Source: an uncultured Acidimicrobiaceae bacterium (lineage in GTDB: Bacteria; Actinomycetota; Acidimicrobiia; Acidimicrobiales; Bog-793). From it: a DNA stretch of 52,159 bases. The notes beneath the pieces were generated by a model. That model was not told the origin of the DNA and did no database searches. It saw only the letters and a list, made by a program, of their open reading frames with translations. Below are positions 26,377-35,618 of the stretch, piece after piece (positions within the stretch are counted from its first letter, which is position 1; every line of letters starts with the position of its first letter). The DNA lies in contig CAZAMA010000007.1 of the NCBI GenBank assembly GCA_964485645.1, positions 1-52,159 of the forward strand. Reading direction: 5' to 3'. Made by a program: the position numbers and the translations under genes.

Positions 26377-27555
26377 TCAGGTGGCAGGCCCCTCGCGACT
26401 CGCGCGCAGCGCGAGGAGACCAGGCAGGTCGCCGTCCTTGAGCAGCGCGACCGCGCTGTCGGTGGCGCTGAGAACGCCGGTGGCCGCTTGCAGGATCTCG
26501 TCGTCCAGACTCGCTATGAGGGCGTCGCCGCCGAGCACGACGTGGCCCCGGGGAGGCAGCGCGGCGGCGACTGTGCGCGTGCCGGCAGCAAAGCGAAAAT
26601 CCTCTGACCGGCCGAGAGCACCCACCCAGAGCACGCTCGCAGCACCTTCGAGCACCTCGGAGAAGCGAAGCTGCGTCGTCGGCCCGATATCGGAGACCGA
26701 CCCGTCGACGAGCGTGCCCGACGGTGCCAGGGTCATGGAGCCGTCCCGAGCTGCCCAGACGAGATCCGACGGAAGGTGCACACCGTGGCGGATCTCTCGC
26801 GCGAGCCCGAAGCAGGCCCTGTACTCGGCCAGGAGCTCGGTCTCGGTGGACTGTTGGGGGCGGGCGCCAATGGCCTCGAGAAACGGCAGCGCCATCGCTC
26901 CACCGAGCAGCACCGCGTCGGCACGAAGTATGAGCGCGCGTATGCCCGCAAGGCGCGAGAGCGACTGGTCGCTCCCGATCACGACCACGAACGGCCGGGG
27001 TGGAGCATGAAGGAACGGCTCGAGGAGCTCAAGGTCGGCCACCAGACGAGGGCCGGCTGCCGACGGCAGGCTCCCGGGCGGTCCCACGATCGACGCGAGG
27101 GCGAGCCAGCACCACTGGAATGCCTCGTTGACGTACGCGTCCTGGCCGCGGACCAGCTCTGCGACGAGACCCTTGTCGCCGGCTCGCTCCCGCTCTCCGG
27201 CGAGGTTCGGGAGGACTACCACCTCCGGAAACGTGCTCGTGATCTGCTGGCTCACGAAAGAGAACGCCGCGTCGTCCGGGCCGGTGTCGAGGTCCCCGGC
27301 GTGCCCGCACACCGTGACCTTGGCGGCTTTGCCAGCGAGGAACGAAAGGGTCGGAAGGAGCAGATCCAGCCTCCTTCGCGCAAGCGGCGATGACGGGTCC
27401 TTGTCGCCGACGTCGAGGTCGGCGCGCACGAGCACACGACGACCGGCGAGCTCTCCGAGATCGCTGAGCACGGGTACGCCGAAAGGTCGGCCAGGCGGCT
27501 CGCCGTTGTGGCTCACGGGAGGGTGCGCCTCAGCGCGTCCTGTCGACTGGAGCAC
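26377..27555 (-). CDS. Phosphoglycerate-kinase-family protein (divergent, motif-degenerate paralogue)
   Basis: PGK-like length and overall pattern (RVLVRADLDV...; ...LKDGDLPGL). Several canonical PGK motifs are altered; see findings. Confidence 0.7.
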   Translation of the reverse strand: MLQSTGRAEAHPPVSHNGEPPGRPFGVPVLSDLGELAGRRVLVRADLDVGDKDPSSPLARRRLDLLLPTLSFLAGKAAKVTVCGHAGDLDTGPDDAAFSFVSQQITSTFPEVVVLPNLAGERERAGDKGLVAELVRGQDAYVNEAFQWCWLALASIVGPPGSLPSAAGPRLVADLELLEPFLHAPPRPFVVVIGSDQSLSRLAGIRALILRADAVLLGGAMALPFLEAIGARPQQSTETELLAEYRACFGLAREIRHGVHLPSDLVWAARDGSMTLAPSGTLVDGSVSDIGPTTQLRFSEVLEGAASVLWVGALGRSEDFRFAAGTRTVAAALPPRGHVVLGGDALIASLDDEILQAATGVLSATDSAVALLKDGDLPGLLALRASREGPAT

Positions 27556-27637
27556 TGCAAATGATCACCTCTCTGCAAAGGCCGCTCGGTACCGCGTGCT
27601 CGACGGCACCTCACAAGCTATCGCGAGCCGCGTCGAG

Positions 27638-28651
27638 ATGACCTCGGCAGACCTCGTCGCGGCGGCCGCAGCGATCGGTCTTGCGGCGTTGCTCGGGGTG
27701 AGTGACGCCCCCAACTCGACCGCGGCCCTGGTCTCGTCCCGCTCCGGGTCCTACGCCGCGGTCGCGGCCTGGTCGGTCGGCTGGCACCTCGTCGGAGGGC
27801 TGGTCGCCGGTACGGCCGTCGCCCACACGGTCGTCGGGCTCGTTCACGTCCGCCCGCACCTGCTCGAGCCGGCGTTAGCCTCCGGCTGCATCGCTTCGGT
27901 CGGCTTCACCTGGCTGACGACCAGGCGCGGCTTCCCGACCAGCGCGAGCGTCGGCCTCGTTGGCGGGCTCGCGGGGGCCGGCGTCATGGCTGGGGGTTGG
28001 CACGCTGTCGACTGGGGCCACCTGAGTGGATTTCGCCTGGTCGGTATCGCCGGCGTACTCGTGGGCATAGTGGCAGCACCAGTGCTCGGGGCTCTCGCGG
28101 CCGGCGCGCTCGACCGCGGCCTGCGTCCCGTCTCGTTCCACTTGCGTCGTTCCTCGCTTCGTGGGCTGCACGGTGGCCTGTGGGCCGCGTCGGCCGCGGT
28201 GGCGGTCACCGACGGAAGCAATGACGGGCAGAAGGCCATGGCACTGCTGGCCGTCGCGCTGTCCGGTCCTGGCACATTCGCCGCCGGCGGGGCTGGGATC
28301 TCCGGGGCGGAGAAGATCGTCTGCGCATCGGTGCTCGCGGTCTTCACCGTGCTCGGCGGCCGGCGTATCGTCCTCACGGTGTCTCGTGGGCTCGGCAGGG
28401 AATCCTCGGTCGACGACCTCGCCGCGCAGAGCGCCTCGGCGGCGGTCATATTCCTCGGGGGCCTGGCTGGCCTTCCGCTGTCCACCTCGACGGTAGTGAC
28501 TTCGTCGATGATCGGGACGGGCCTCGCGCGCCGGCAAAGGCACATCCGGTGGCAGGGGGTCGCGCGGATCGTCGCCGTCTGGGGCGTGACGGTGCCGTCG
28601 TGCGCGCTCTTAGGCGGTGTGCTCTTCGAGCTGTGGAAAGCCGCGAGCTGA
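27638..28651 (+). CDS. PiT-family inorganic phosphate (or sulfate) transporter
   Basis: PHO4-type motifs GVSDAPNSTA and TDGSNDGQKAM. Multi-TM. ATG at 27638 lies within the longer ORF 27128..28651. Confidence 0.8.
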   Translation: MTSADLVAAAAAIGLAALLGVSDAPNSTAALVSSRSGSYAAVAAWSVGWHLVGGLVAGTAVAHTVVGLVHVRPHLLEPALASGCIASVGFTWLTTRRGFPTSASVGLVGGLAGAGVMAGGWHAVDWGHLSGFRLVGIAGVLVGIVAAPVLGALAAGALDRGLRPVSFHLRRSSLRGLHGGLWAASAAVAVTDGSNDGQKAMALLAVALSGPGTFAAGGAGISGAEKIVCASVLAVFTVLGGRRIVLTVSRGLGRESSVDDLAAQSASAAVIFLGGLAGLPLSTSTVVTSSMIGTGLARRQRHIRWQGVARIVAVWGVTVPSCALLGGVLFELWKAAS

Positions 28652-29334
28652 TGGCTGAAGAGACGAGCCCCGCGGGGACGCCACGGCGCCGGCGCCTCCG
28701 GTCCCTCTTCGGGTTCAAGGCGTTCGAGCAGTTCTTCCTCGCCGTCGCGCCGGACGTGACAGGGATGCTCGTCGCGCAAGGGGAGCTGAGCGTCGAGGCG
28801 ATGGCTGCTTTCGAACGGTGGTCGCGCGGAGACGTGGGGCCCGACGGGCTGAGCGGGCTCAAAGACCTCGAACAGGCCTGTGACGACGCCCGGCGCAGGC
28901 TCATGAGCGCGCTGCGGGGCGCTCTGGCGACTCCGATCAACCAGGAGGATCTCTACGTGCTCTCGGAGCGGTGCGATCGCGTCGTGAACGCCGCCAGGGA
29001 CATCGCGGCGGAAGCCACCGACCTCGGCTGGGCGCCGGACCCCCATGCAGCCGAGATGGCGAGGTGTCTTTCCGACGGCATGGTGGAGATCGTGAGGGGT
29101 TTCTCTTTGCTGCGAACCGACCCCGGCGGCGCCTCTGCGGCGGCCGACGGTGCCGTGCGTCACGCGCACCGGGTCGAGCACGCTTACCGGGTGGCCATGG
29201 CCGACCTTCTCAAGTCTCCCGACTTGCTCACCGTCTTCACGACGCGGGAGATCTACCGGCGCTACGGACGCTCGGCCGAGCTGCTCATCGCTCTCGGCGA
29301 CCGGCTCTGGTACTCGGTGCTAGCGGAGGCCTAG
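28651..29334 (+). CDS. DUF47 / PhoU-like PiT-associated protein
   Basis: The ATG overlaps the PiT stop (TGATG). Helical protein with the DUF47 pattern (DLYVLSERCDRVVNAARDIA...REIYRRYG). Confidence 0.75.
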   Translation: MAEETSPAGTPRRRRLRSLFGFKAFEQFFLAVAPDVTGMLVAQGELSVEAMAAFERWSRGDVGPDGLSGLKDLEQACDDARRRLMSALRGALATPINQEDLYVLSERCDRVVNAARDIAAEATDLGWAPDPHAAEMARCLSDGMVEIVRGFSLLRTDPGGASAAADGAVRHAHRVEHAYRVAMADLLKSPDLLTVFTTREIYRRYGRSAELLIALGDRLWYSVLAEA

Positions 29335-31043
29335 CCCTGCTCGGTCACCGGCGCGCCGGCGACCATGTCCGAGTCGCCGGTGAGGTCCCCGCGCGCGACG
29401 ACCCTGTGGCCCGCGACCCAGACGCCTTCGATGCCGACGGGGTACTCCCATGGTGACTCGAAGGTAGCCCTGTCGGCGATGACGTCCGCGTCGAACAGGA
29501 CGAGGTCACCGGGCAGGCCGGGGCGGATCTCGCCGAGCATGCCCTGCCATCCGACGACTCGTGCGGCCTGGGAGGTCACCTTGCGTACAGCCTCGGGCAG
29601 CGAAAGCGTCCCGAGCTCGCGCACGAAACGTCCAAGGACCCGAGGGAACGTCCCATGTAGGCGCGGGTGCGGGTGGCCCCCGTGGTCCACGACCGCGTCG
29701 GTGCCGATCGCGGTGTAGGGCTGCGCCATGAAGCGTGCGACGTTCTCCTCCACGTTGTTGAATGAGACGAGCGACATGGCGAGGTCCTCGGCGGCCAGGA
29801 GCGCGAAGATCGTGTCGAATGCGTCCTGGGAGCTCAGGTCTCCCACGCCGGCTGCGGAGATAACTTCTGCGAAGGACCGACCGACCAGTTCCGGCTTGCT
29901 GCACCTCGCCACTCTGAGGCCGCTCCAGCCGTCCGAGAAACGCCACCAGTTGTCCCACGACGTCGTGTCGTCGAGCAGCTGGAGGCGAAGCCGTGCCCGT
30001 ATCTGGGGGTCCGACAGCCGTGCTATCGCGGCCTCGTGGCCCCCGGCTTGGACCCAGGGGGGCAGCAGGACGATGGCAGAGGTGGAGCCGGCGACGTAGG
30101 GGTGGACGTCGGCAGAGATGCTCACGCCGGCAGCCTGTGCCGCGCCGATGTGCTCGAGCATCGCTTCGACCTTGTGCCAGTTGTCGCGACCCGCCGTCTT
30201 GATGTGGCTGTAGTGGAGGTGGCAGCCCGTGCGAGCGGCGACCTCGAGCACCTCGTCGGTTGCCTCGAGCACGCGATCGCTCTCCGAGCGCACGTGGACG
30301 AAGAAGGGCAGATCGCGCGCGGCCACTACCTCGCAGAGCGCGGCCACCTCGTCCGTCGTCGCATATGCCGCCGGGACGTAGACGAGACCCGTAGAGAAGC
30401 CCGCCCCGCCCTCGTCGAGTGCGGTTGCGAGCGCCTCCTGCATCGCGGCGATGTCGTTCGCGGTGGCCTCGCGGGCCGCATCGCCCATCACGAGTCGCCG
30501 GATCGTCGCGTGACCGACGAGGAGCGCAGTCCGGGTGGCGGACGCGGCGCGAATCGCCTGGCGGTACTCGCGAAAGGAGCGCCAAGTCCAGTCCTTGGCG
30601 GGAATCGAGCCGTCGAGACCAGCCAAGAAACCCATGTGGTCCTCCAAGTCCCCGTCGGCGACCGGCGCAGCCGAGATGCCGTCCTGCCCGAAGACCTGGG
30701 CGGTGCAGCCTTGCACCAACTTGGGCGAGTCTCCGATCGGGGGGGTTCCAGGCGACTCTCGCACGAGGGCATACAGGTCGGAGTGGGAGTGGAGGTCGAC
30801 GAAACCCGGCGCGAGCACGAGCCCGTTCCCATCGACGGTCGAGGCGACTGCGATCGGGGCCTTCCTGCCCGGAGCTCCGACAGAGACGATCATGCCACTG
30901 TCGTCCAATAGGACGTCTGCTTCGAAGGGGTCCGCTTCCGTGCCGTCTATGACAGTGGCTCCCCTGATCCACAGGGATTTGGAGCTGCGGTCCTGCCGAG
31001 TCAATGATCGGACTCCTTGGTTGCGCGTCGAGCTGCCGGACAT
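29331..31043 (-). CDS. D-aminoacylase-family (N-acyl-D-amino-acid deacylase-like) metal-dependent amidohydrolase
   Basis: LWIRGATVIDG...PGFVDLHSHSD metal motif and a large amidohydrolase fold. Its stop shares a CTAG tetranucleotide with the convergent DUF47 gene. Confidence 0.85.
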   Translation of the reverse strand: MSGSSTRNQGVRSLTRQDRSSKSLWIRGATVIDGTEADPFEADVLLDDSGMIVSVGAPGRKAPIAVASTVDGNGLVLAPGFVDLHSHSDLYALVRESPGTPPIGDSPKLVQGCTAQVFGQDGISAAPVADGDLEDHMGFLAGLDGSIPAKDWTWRSFREYRQAIRAASATRTALLVGHATIRRLVMGDAAREATANDIAAMQEALATALDEGGAGFSTGLVYVPAAYATTDEVAALCEVVAARDLPFFVHVRSESDRVLEATDEVLEVAARTGCHLHYSHIKTAGRDNWHKVEAMLEHIGAAQAAGVSISADVHPYVAGSTSAIVLLPPWVQAGGHEAAIARLSDPQIRARLRLQLLDDTTSWDNWWRFSDGWSGLRVARCSKPELVGRSFAEVISAAGVGDLSSQDAFDTIFALLAAEDLAMSLVSFNNVEENVARFMAQPYTAIGTDAVVDHGGHPHPRLHGTFPRVLGRFVRELGTLSLPEAVRKVTSQAARVVGWQGMLGEIRPGLPGDLVLFDADVIADRATFESPWEYPVGIEGVWVAGHRVVARGDLTGDSDMVAGAPVTEQG

Positions 31044-31141
31044 CTGTGTCCGCCTTTCGGCAACTGTACTGGCAGGGCTAGCTTCGCGAACGGGCCAAAC
31101 GACCCTATTCAGGCCCCCCGCCGCGAGAGGAAGATCGTCAC

Positions 31142-32095
31142 ATGAGAAGCTTTCTAGGTAGAGATATCCTGTCCCTCAAGGACATGGAACGGGAGGAGTT
31201 CTTCCAGATCTTCCGTGTCGCCGAGACGCTCAAGCCTTATGCCGCCGAACGGCGCAACGGAGATCTGCTCAAGCACAAGACCCTGCTCACGGCTTTCTAC
31301 CAGCCGAGCACGCGCACGCGGCTGGCGACCGAGGCAGCGATGCACCGTCTCGGCGGCCACGTGCTCGGGTTCTCCGACGCCAAGATGACGCGAGCCGGCG
31401 ACTTCTACCAGGAGTCCATCAAGGACACCGTCCACATGCTCGAGTACTACGGTGACGTGATCGCGATGCGCCACTTCCAGCAGGGTGCCCCAGACGAGGC
31501 GGCCCGCTGGGCTTCGGTTCCCGTGATCAACTGCGGTGACGGCTGGGGCGAGCACCCGACCCAGGTGCTGACCGACCTCTACACGATCTGGCAGCAGCGC
31601 GGCACCCTCGACGGCATGAAGATCCTGCTTGTCGGGGACATGAGGATGCGTACGATGCACTCGATCCTCTACGCAATGTCGCAGTTCGACCTCGAGGGTT
31701 TCGTCGTGTCACCGCCGGACATGTCTCTTACAGAGGAATTCAAGGCCGATCTCGACGGGCGCAGCGTCCAGTACCGCGAGGTCGAGAGCGTGGAGGCGTG
31801 CATCGCGGATGCGGACGTGATCTACATGGAGCCGGTCGTACAGGCCGACTACACCCAGTCGCGCGTCGAGGCGAGCGGCGAGCGAGGCGGCACGCCGGCG
31901 GCATATCGGGTGACGCGCGAGCTTCTCGCGGCCAGGGCGAAGACGGACTCGATCATCTTGCACTCCCTGCCGCGCATGGACGAGCTGCCGCCCGACGTGG
32001 ACAGCACTCGCCATGCCCGCTACTGGGTGGAGGCGTTCAACGGCGTTGTCATGCGCATGGCCCTTTTGTCCCTCGTCCTCGGAGCGACGGAGTAG
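31142..32095 (+). CDS. Aspartate-carbamoyltransferase-family (PyrB-like) protein
   Basis: STRTR, HPTQ, the GDMRMRTMHS segment, HSLPR, and a C-terminal FNGVVMRMALLSLVLG typical of ATCase catalytic chains. Confidence 0.85.
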   Translation: MRSFLGRDILSLKDMEREEFFQIFRVAETLKPYAAERRNGDLLKHKTLLTAFYQPSTRTRLATEAAMHRLGGHVLGFSDAKMTRAGDFYQESIKDTVHMLEYYGDVIAMRHFQQGAPDEAARWASVPVINCGDGWGEHPTQVLTDLYTIWQQRGTLDGMKILLVGDMRMRTMHSILYAMSQFDLEGFVVSPPDMSLTEEFKADLDGRSVQYREVESVEACIADADVIYMEPVVQADYTQSRVEASGERGGTPAAYRVTRELLAARAKTDSIILHSLPRMDELPPDVDSTRHARYWVEAFNGVVMRMALLSLVLGATE

Positions 32096-32102
32096 ACAGC
32101 CC

Positions 32103-33080
32103 GTGCAGACTCATCTTCGTGGCCGCGACCTCATCGACCTGCAGGAGTGGACCAAGGGCGAGGTGGACACCCTCCTCGACGTCGCCTTCCAGCTGAAGCG
32201 CGAGAGAGCCCTCGGCATCGCCCATCCTCTCCTGCGGGACAAGGTGCTCGCGATGCTGTTCTTCTTCGCGAGCACGCGGACCCGGGCCTCCTTCGAGGCC
32301 GGCATGGCCCAACTCGGCGGTCATGCCCAGTTCATCGAGAGCCGCACGACCCAGATAGCCCACGGCGACACCGCGAAGGAGATCGGCGAGATACTCGGCC
32401 GCTACAACGACGGCATCGCCATTCGCCAGGTCGACTGGGGCGTCGGCAACCAGTACCTGCGCGACGTCGCCGCAGCCAGCCGGGTGCCGGTGCTCAACAT
32501 GCAATGCGACGTCTACCATCCCCACCAGGCCCTCGGCGATCTCATGACAATCATCGAGCGATTCGGCGATCCGAGAGGGCGTACTGCCACGATCAGCTGG
32601 GCACACGATCCCTCCTACCTAAAGCCCATAAGCGTCGCGCAGAGCCTGCTCCTGCTGCTGCCGCGATTTGGGATGAACGTGCGCCTCGTCCATCCGCCGG
32701 AGTTCCCCCTTCTGCCCGAGATCGTGGAGCAGGCGAGGGAGAACGCCCGCGTCGGCCATGCGGGCTTCGAGCAGATGGATGACTTCGAAGCCGGCTTCGT
32801 CGGCACCGATGTCGTCTATGCCAAGAGCTGGGGCGCCATGGTCACGACGTCCGACGAGGCGGAGGACACGCGTCTGATCAACAAGTACGCTTCGTGGATG
32901 ACAGACACGCGTCACATGGAGACGGCGAGCGAGGATGCCGTATTCATGCACCCTCTGCCTGCAGACCGCAATGTCGAGGTCACCGACGACGTCATCGACG
33001 GACCGCGCTCGGTCGTGTACGACCAGGCGGAGAACCGCCTGCACGGCCAGAAGGCCGCGATGGCGCTGACGATGAGCTGA
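32103..33080 (+). CDS. YgeW-type (knotted) carbamoyltransferase
   Basis: STRTR, QIAHGDTAKE, MQCDVYHPHQALGDL, ISWAHDPSYLKPISVAQSLLLLLPRFGMNV and HPLPADRN. By my recollection of E. coli YgeW, this matches closely. GTG at 32103 lies 7 nt after the PyrB-like stop. Confidence 0.8.
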   Translation: MQTHLRGRDLIDLQEWTKGEVDTLLDVAFQLKRERALGIAHPLLRDKVLAMLFFFASTRTRASFEAGMAQLGGHAQFIESRTTQIAHGDTAKEIGEILGRYNDGIAIRQVDWGVGNQYLRDVAAASRVPVLNMQCDVYHPHQALGDLMTIIERFGDPRGRTATISWAHDPSYLKPISVAQSLLLLLPRFGMNVRLVHPPEFPLLPEIVEQARENARVGHAGFEQMDDFEAGFVGTDVVYAKSWGAMVTTSDEAEDTRLINKYASWMTDTRHMETASEDAVFMHPLPADRNVEVTDDVIDGPRSVVYDQAENRLHGQKAAMALTMS

Positions 33081-33083
33081 TCG

Positions 33084-34040
33084 GTGAGCACAGATCGGCC
33101 CCGGACGGCTGTAGTAGCCATCGGTGGCAACTCGCTTATAAAGGACTCCTCGCACCAGAGCGTGCAGGACCAGTACGTCGCGGCCAAGGAGACGTGTCAC
33201 CACATCGTCGGGATGATCCGCCACGGCTGGAACGTCGTCATCGCGCACGGCAACGGGCCGCAGGTCGGTTTCATCCTCCGACGCTCCGAGCTCGCGGCAG
33301 GCGAGCTGCACGAGGTCCCCCTCGACGTGTGCGGTGCCGACAGCCAGGGCGCCATCGGATATGCGCTCCAGCAGAACCTTGCCAACGAGTTCCGCCGCTA
33401 CGGCATGGACCGCCATGCTGCCACCGTCATCTGCCAGACCGAGGTGAGGGCCGACGACCCGGCTTTTGCTCATCCGAGCAAGCCGATCGGCTCCTTTATG
33501 GACGAGAAGATGGCCGAGATGCGCCGACAGCAGGGCTGGGAGCTGATAGAGGACGCCAACCGAGGCTGGCGGCGGGTCGTGGCCTCGCCTACCCCCGTGC
33601 GGATCGTGGAGCTGTCGGCGATCTCCTCTCTCGTCGCGGCCGGTGTCGTCGTCATCACTGCGGGCGGTGGCGGCATACCGGTGATCTCTCGGGAGGACGG
33701 CGATCTCGAAGGGGTGGCGGCCGTGATCGACAAGGACCTCGCGTCGGCGCTCCTTGCCACCGCTCTCGGGGCTGAGCTGTTGCTCGTCTCGACGGCCGTC
33801 GAGAAGGTCGCGCTCAACTTCGGGCGCCCTGAGCAGAGCTTCGTGGACCGGCTCACAGCTTCGGAGGCCCGGAGGTACCTGGGCGAGGGGATACATTTCG
33901 CGGTCGGCTCCATGGCTCCGAAGATCCAAGCCGTGCTCAATTTCCTCGATAACGGGGGGACGGAGGCGATCGTGACCGATCCTGCCAACGTCGAGCGCGC
34001 GCTTGCCGGTGAGACCGGGACTCACTTCGTGCCCGGATGA
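33084..34040 (+). CDS. Carbamate kinase
   Basis: AVVAIGGNSL...VIAHGNGPQVG...ITAGGGGIPV motifs. Starts 3 nt after the YgeW-like stop. Confidence 0.9.
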   Translation: MSTDRPRTAVVAIGGNSLIKDSSHQSVQDQYVAAKETCHHIVGMIRHGWNVVIAHGNGPQVGFILRRSELAAGELHEVPLDVCGADSQGAIGYALQQNLANEFRRYGMDRHAATVICQTEVRADDPAFAHPSKPIGSFMDEKMAEMRRQQGWELIEDANRGWRRVVASPTPVRIVELSAISSLVAAGVVVITAGGGGIPVISREDGDLEGVAAVIDKDLASALLATALGAELLLVSTAVEKVALNFGRPEQSFVDRLTASEARRYLGEGIHFAVGSMAPKIQAVLNFLDNGGTEAIVTDPANVERALAGETGTHFVPG

Positions 34041-34041
34041 G

Positions 34042-35589
34042 CTAGCTCGGCACGACTCCTGCCATGAGGAGCCCGACCGCCTCGCGAGTCGAGGTGCGCG
34101 GGTCCGCCGAGCCGATGACCCGGCCCTCGTACATGACAAGGACGCGGTCTGACAAGGACATGACCTCGTCGAGGTCCTCGGAGATGATGAGGACGGCCGT
34201 GCCTGCGTCGCGTTGCTCCACGAGGCGCTCGTGGATGTAGTGGGCAGCACCGACGTCGATACCCCGAGTCGGTTGTGCCACCAGCAGCACGCGCGGCCTG
34301 CCGGAGAGCTCACGAGCCATGATCAGCTTTTGGATGTTGCCACCAGAGAGGTTCCGCGCCGGGGTGTCGAGGGACGGGGTCTTGACCGCGAACGCTTCGA
34401 CGAGCTCCTGGCAGTGCCTCTTGATCGTCCGGGCGCGCAGGAAGCCGAGATGGGAGAAGGCGGGATGCCCGCTGTCGACGAGCATGAGGTTCTCGGCGAC
34501 GCTGAAGTCGGGCACGATGCCGTCGCGCATGCGCTCCTCGGGGACGTAAGCGAGCCCCGCCGCGCGCACCTCGGACGGCGGGGAGCCGAGCACCTCCTTG
34601 CCGTCTATGAGGACCGAGCCGCCCTCGGACGCACGGATGCCGGCGACGGCCTCGGCCAGCTCTCGCTGGCCGTTGCCCGACACGCCCGCGATGCCCACGA
34701 TCTCCCCTGACTCGACGGCAAGGTCGACACCGCGTACCGCCTCCTGTCCCCGGTCACCTCGTACGGTGAGACCCGACAGCACCAGGCGCTTGTCGCCTCC
34801 TGCCGCCGCCGCCGGACGAACATCCGCGGAGATGGCGTGGCCGACCATCATCTCGACGAGGCTCTCCCGCGAGGCGTCCTTGCGCGACAAGGTGCCGACG
34901 CGCCGCCCTGCGCGAAGCACCGTGATGCGGTCGGAAAGCCCCAGCACTTCGTTGACCTTGTGGGAGATGAACACGAGACCGCGTCCCGCGGCGGCGAGCT
35001 GGCGCAGAACCCTGAAGAGGTCGTCGACCTCGTTCGGGGTGAGCACGGCAGTCGGCTCGTCGAGGACGAGGATGTTGGCATCCCTGTAGAGGGCCTTCAG
35101 GATCTCGACGCGCTGGCGCTCTCCGACGGACAGCTGCCAGACGAGGGCATCGGGATTCACCTTGAGGCCGTGGCTGTCGGCAAGCTCGCCGACGCGCTTT
35201 GCGACGCGCCGCAAGTCCGTGAGCGGGCCGCGCGACGACTTGAGCCCGAGCGCGACGTTCTCGACGACCGTGAGGGTGTTGACGAGCATGAAATGCTGAT
35301 GGATCATCCCGATGCCCTGGCGGATGGCGGCCGCCGGCGACGAGATCACGGTCACCTCGCCGTTGATCGCGATCTCGCCCTCGTCGGGCCGGTAAAGGCC
35401 GTAGAGCACTCTCATGAGCGTGCTCTTGCCGGCGCCGTTCTCTCCGAAGAGAGCGTGCACCTCGCCGGCGGCGAGCTCGAAGTCGACGCCGTCGTTCGCG
35501 AGCACGCCGGGGAAACGTTTGGTGATGGCGCTCATCTGGAGGAGCGGTACAGGCTCCTCCAGATGAGCAAGTGTGCCCGGCAGCGTCAT
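34042..35589 (-). CDS. ABC transporter ATP-binding protein with two fused NBDs (sugar/nucleoside CUT2 type)
   Basis: GENGAGKST / LSVGERQRVEI / LVLDEPTAVL, plus a second NBD with LSGGNIQKLIM. Confidence 0.9.
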   Translation of the reverse strand: MTLPGTLAHLEEPVPLLQMSAITKRFPGVLANDGVDFELAAGEVHALFGENGAGKSTLMRVLYGLYRPDEGEIAINGEVTVISSPAAAIRQGIGMIHQHFMLVNTLTVVENVALGLKSSRGPLTDLRRVAKRVGELADSHGLKVNPDALVWQLSVGERQRVEILKALYRDANILVLDEPTAVLTPNEVDDLFRVLRQLAAAGRGLVFISHKVNEVLGLSDRITVLRAGRRVGTLSRKDASRESLVEMMVGHAISADVRPAAAAGGDKRLVLSGLTVRGDRGQEAVRGVDLAVESGEIVGIAGVSGNGQRELAEAVAGIRASEGGSVLIDGKEVLGSPPSEVRAAGLAYVPEERMRDGIVPDFSVAENLMLVDSGHPAFSHLGFLRARTIKRHCQELVEAFAVKTPSLDTPARNLSGGNIQKLIMARELSGRPRVLLVAQPTRGIDVGAAHYIHERLVEQRDAGTAVLIISEDLDEVMSLSDRVLVMYEGRVIGSADPRTSTREAVGLLMAGVVPS

Positions 35590-35618
35590 CTATGCCTCCG
35601 GGCCTGTTACCTGATGGA

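Noticed and set aside
31044-31141. Possible PyrR-type attenuator or binding loop upstream of the PyrB-like gene (GCGAGAGGAAG resembles the GAGAGG core of PyrR sites).
   Set aside because: The similarity is confined to a purine-rich Shine-Dalgarno-like hexamer. I could not find a flanking stem, no pyrR gene is in the window, and the gene context is catabolic.
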